Source: Octopus vulgaris (lineage: Eukaryota). Taken from it: a stretch of 64,000 bases of DNA. The position numbers and the translations under genes are program-made. The stretch is from contig OX597840.1 of assembly GCA_951406725.2 (NCBI GenBank), forward strand, positions 14,756,001 through 14,820,000, written 5' to 3'. The notes beneath the pieces are model-generated. The model saw nothing but the letters and a program-made list of their open reading frames with translations, was not told where the DNA came from and made no database searches. Below, piece by piece: positions 63,191 to 64,000 of this stretch; the first letter of the stretch is position 1; each line of letters opens with the position of its first letter.

Positions 63191-63963
63191 GCAGCAAGTT
63201 GGCAGAAACATTAGCACACTGGGTGAAATGCTTAGCGGTATTTCGTCTATCTTTACGTTCTGAGTTCAAATTCCACTGAGGTTGACTTTGCTTTTCATCC
63301 TTTCGGGGTTGATAAATTAAGTACCAGTTGCATTGTTTCTTCCTTCTCGAGCCACGCCTGGCTCATTAGGGCTGCTTTCCCTGTTTCCTTGGTGTATAGG
63401 TTCCCCACATGGACGGGACACCAGTCTGTCGCAGGTGAGCTGCAAGATGCAGGAGGAAAGAGCGAGAGAAAGTTGTGGCAAAAAAGTCAGAGAGAAGTTC
63501 GCCATTACCTTCTGCCGGAGCCACATGGAGCTTAGGTGTTTCACTCATAAACACACACATCGCCGGGTCTGAGATTTGAACCCACAATCCCTCGACCGTG
63601 AGTCCGCTGCTCTAACCACTAACATGTGCCTCCACTGCCAGTTGCATAGAGGGGTCGATATAATTGACTGGTCTCCTTCTCCAAAATTTCGGGCCTTGTG
63701 CCTAGAGTAGAAAACAATATTTAAGAATATTAGGGCAGCAAGCTGGCAGAAACATTAGCACACTGTTGGCACATTAGCACACATTAGCACATGCTTGGCA
63801 ATATTTCGTCTGTCTTTACATTCTGAGTTCAAATTCCACTGAGGTTGACTTTGCCTTTCATCCTTTCGGAGTTGATAAATTAAGTACCAGCTGAATACAG
63901 GGGTCAATATAATTGACTGGCGCCCTTAACCAAAATTTCAGGCTTTGTGCCTAGAGTAGAAAA
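63189..63963 (+). mobile_element. Tandem SINE family B dimer; the first copy is interrupted by a family C SINE
   Basis: 17-bp caatatttaagaatatt at 63171, 63715 and 63964 brackets both units. Confidence 0.85.
63334..63637 (-). mobile_element. SINE family C variant nested in a family B SINE
   Basis: 10-bp TSD ccagttgcat at 63324-63333 and 63638-63647; minus head ggaggcacatg..tagtggttagagcagcggactcacgg. Confidence 0.85.
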
Positions 63964-64000
63964 CAATATTTAAGAATATTCTATGGTACCTTTATAATTG

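Overview
AT-rich, microsatellite-dense eukaryotic non-coding DNA. The SINE families resemble those of octopus/coleoid cephalopod genomes (inferred from recall, no search run). I found no intact host protein-coding gene; most ORFs in the track are (TA)n/(CA)n/(AAT)n artefacts or SINE read-through. The window is a layered transposable-element graveyard. It holds about 20 copies of a tRNA/CORE-type SINE with an internal microsatellite (family A) and about 18 copies of a second tRNA-derived SINE (family B). Further SINE families (C, D, E) swap tails in a modular way. Other elements are a decayed DD37D (maT-like) transposase, two hAT MITEs with 8-bp TSDs, a probable non-autonomous Helitron, R4/Dong-like retroelement fragments in (TAA)n tracts, a CR1/Jockey-like relic and two Penelope-like (PLE) RT relics. 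One PLE relic has a GIY-YIG remnant upstream of its RT, the Naiad-type arrangement. The most notable hidden signal is a set of about 10 dispersed minimal type-I hammerhead ribozyme motifs from several unrelated families. Three sets occur as inverted pairs, and one pair (55450-55825) encloses a tRNA-like Pol III promoter, suggesting a tRNA-headed hammerhead retroelement. Many foldback duplications are also present. Family labels A-E are my own and coordinates are approximate.
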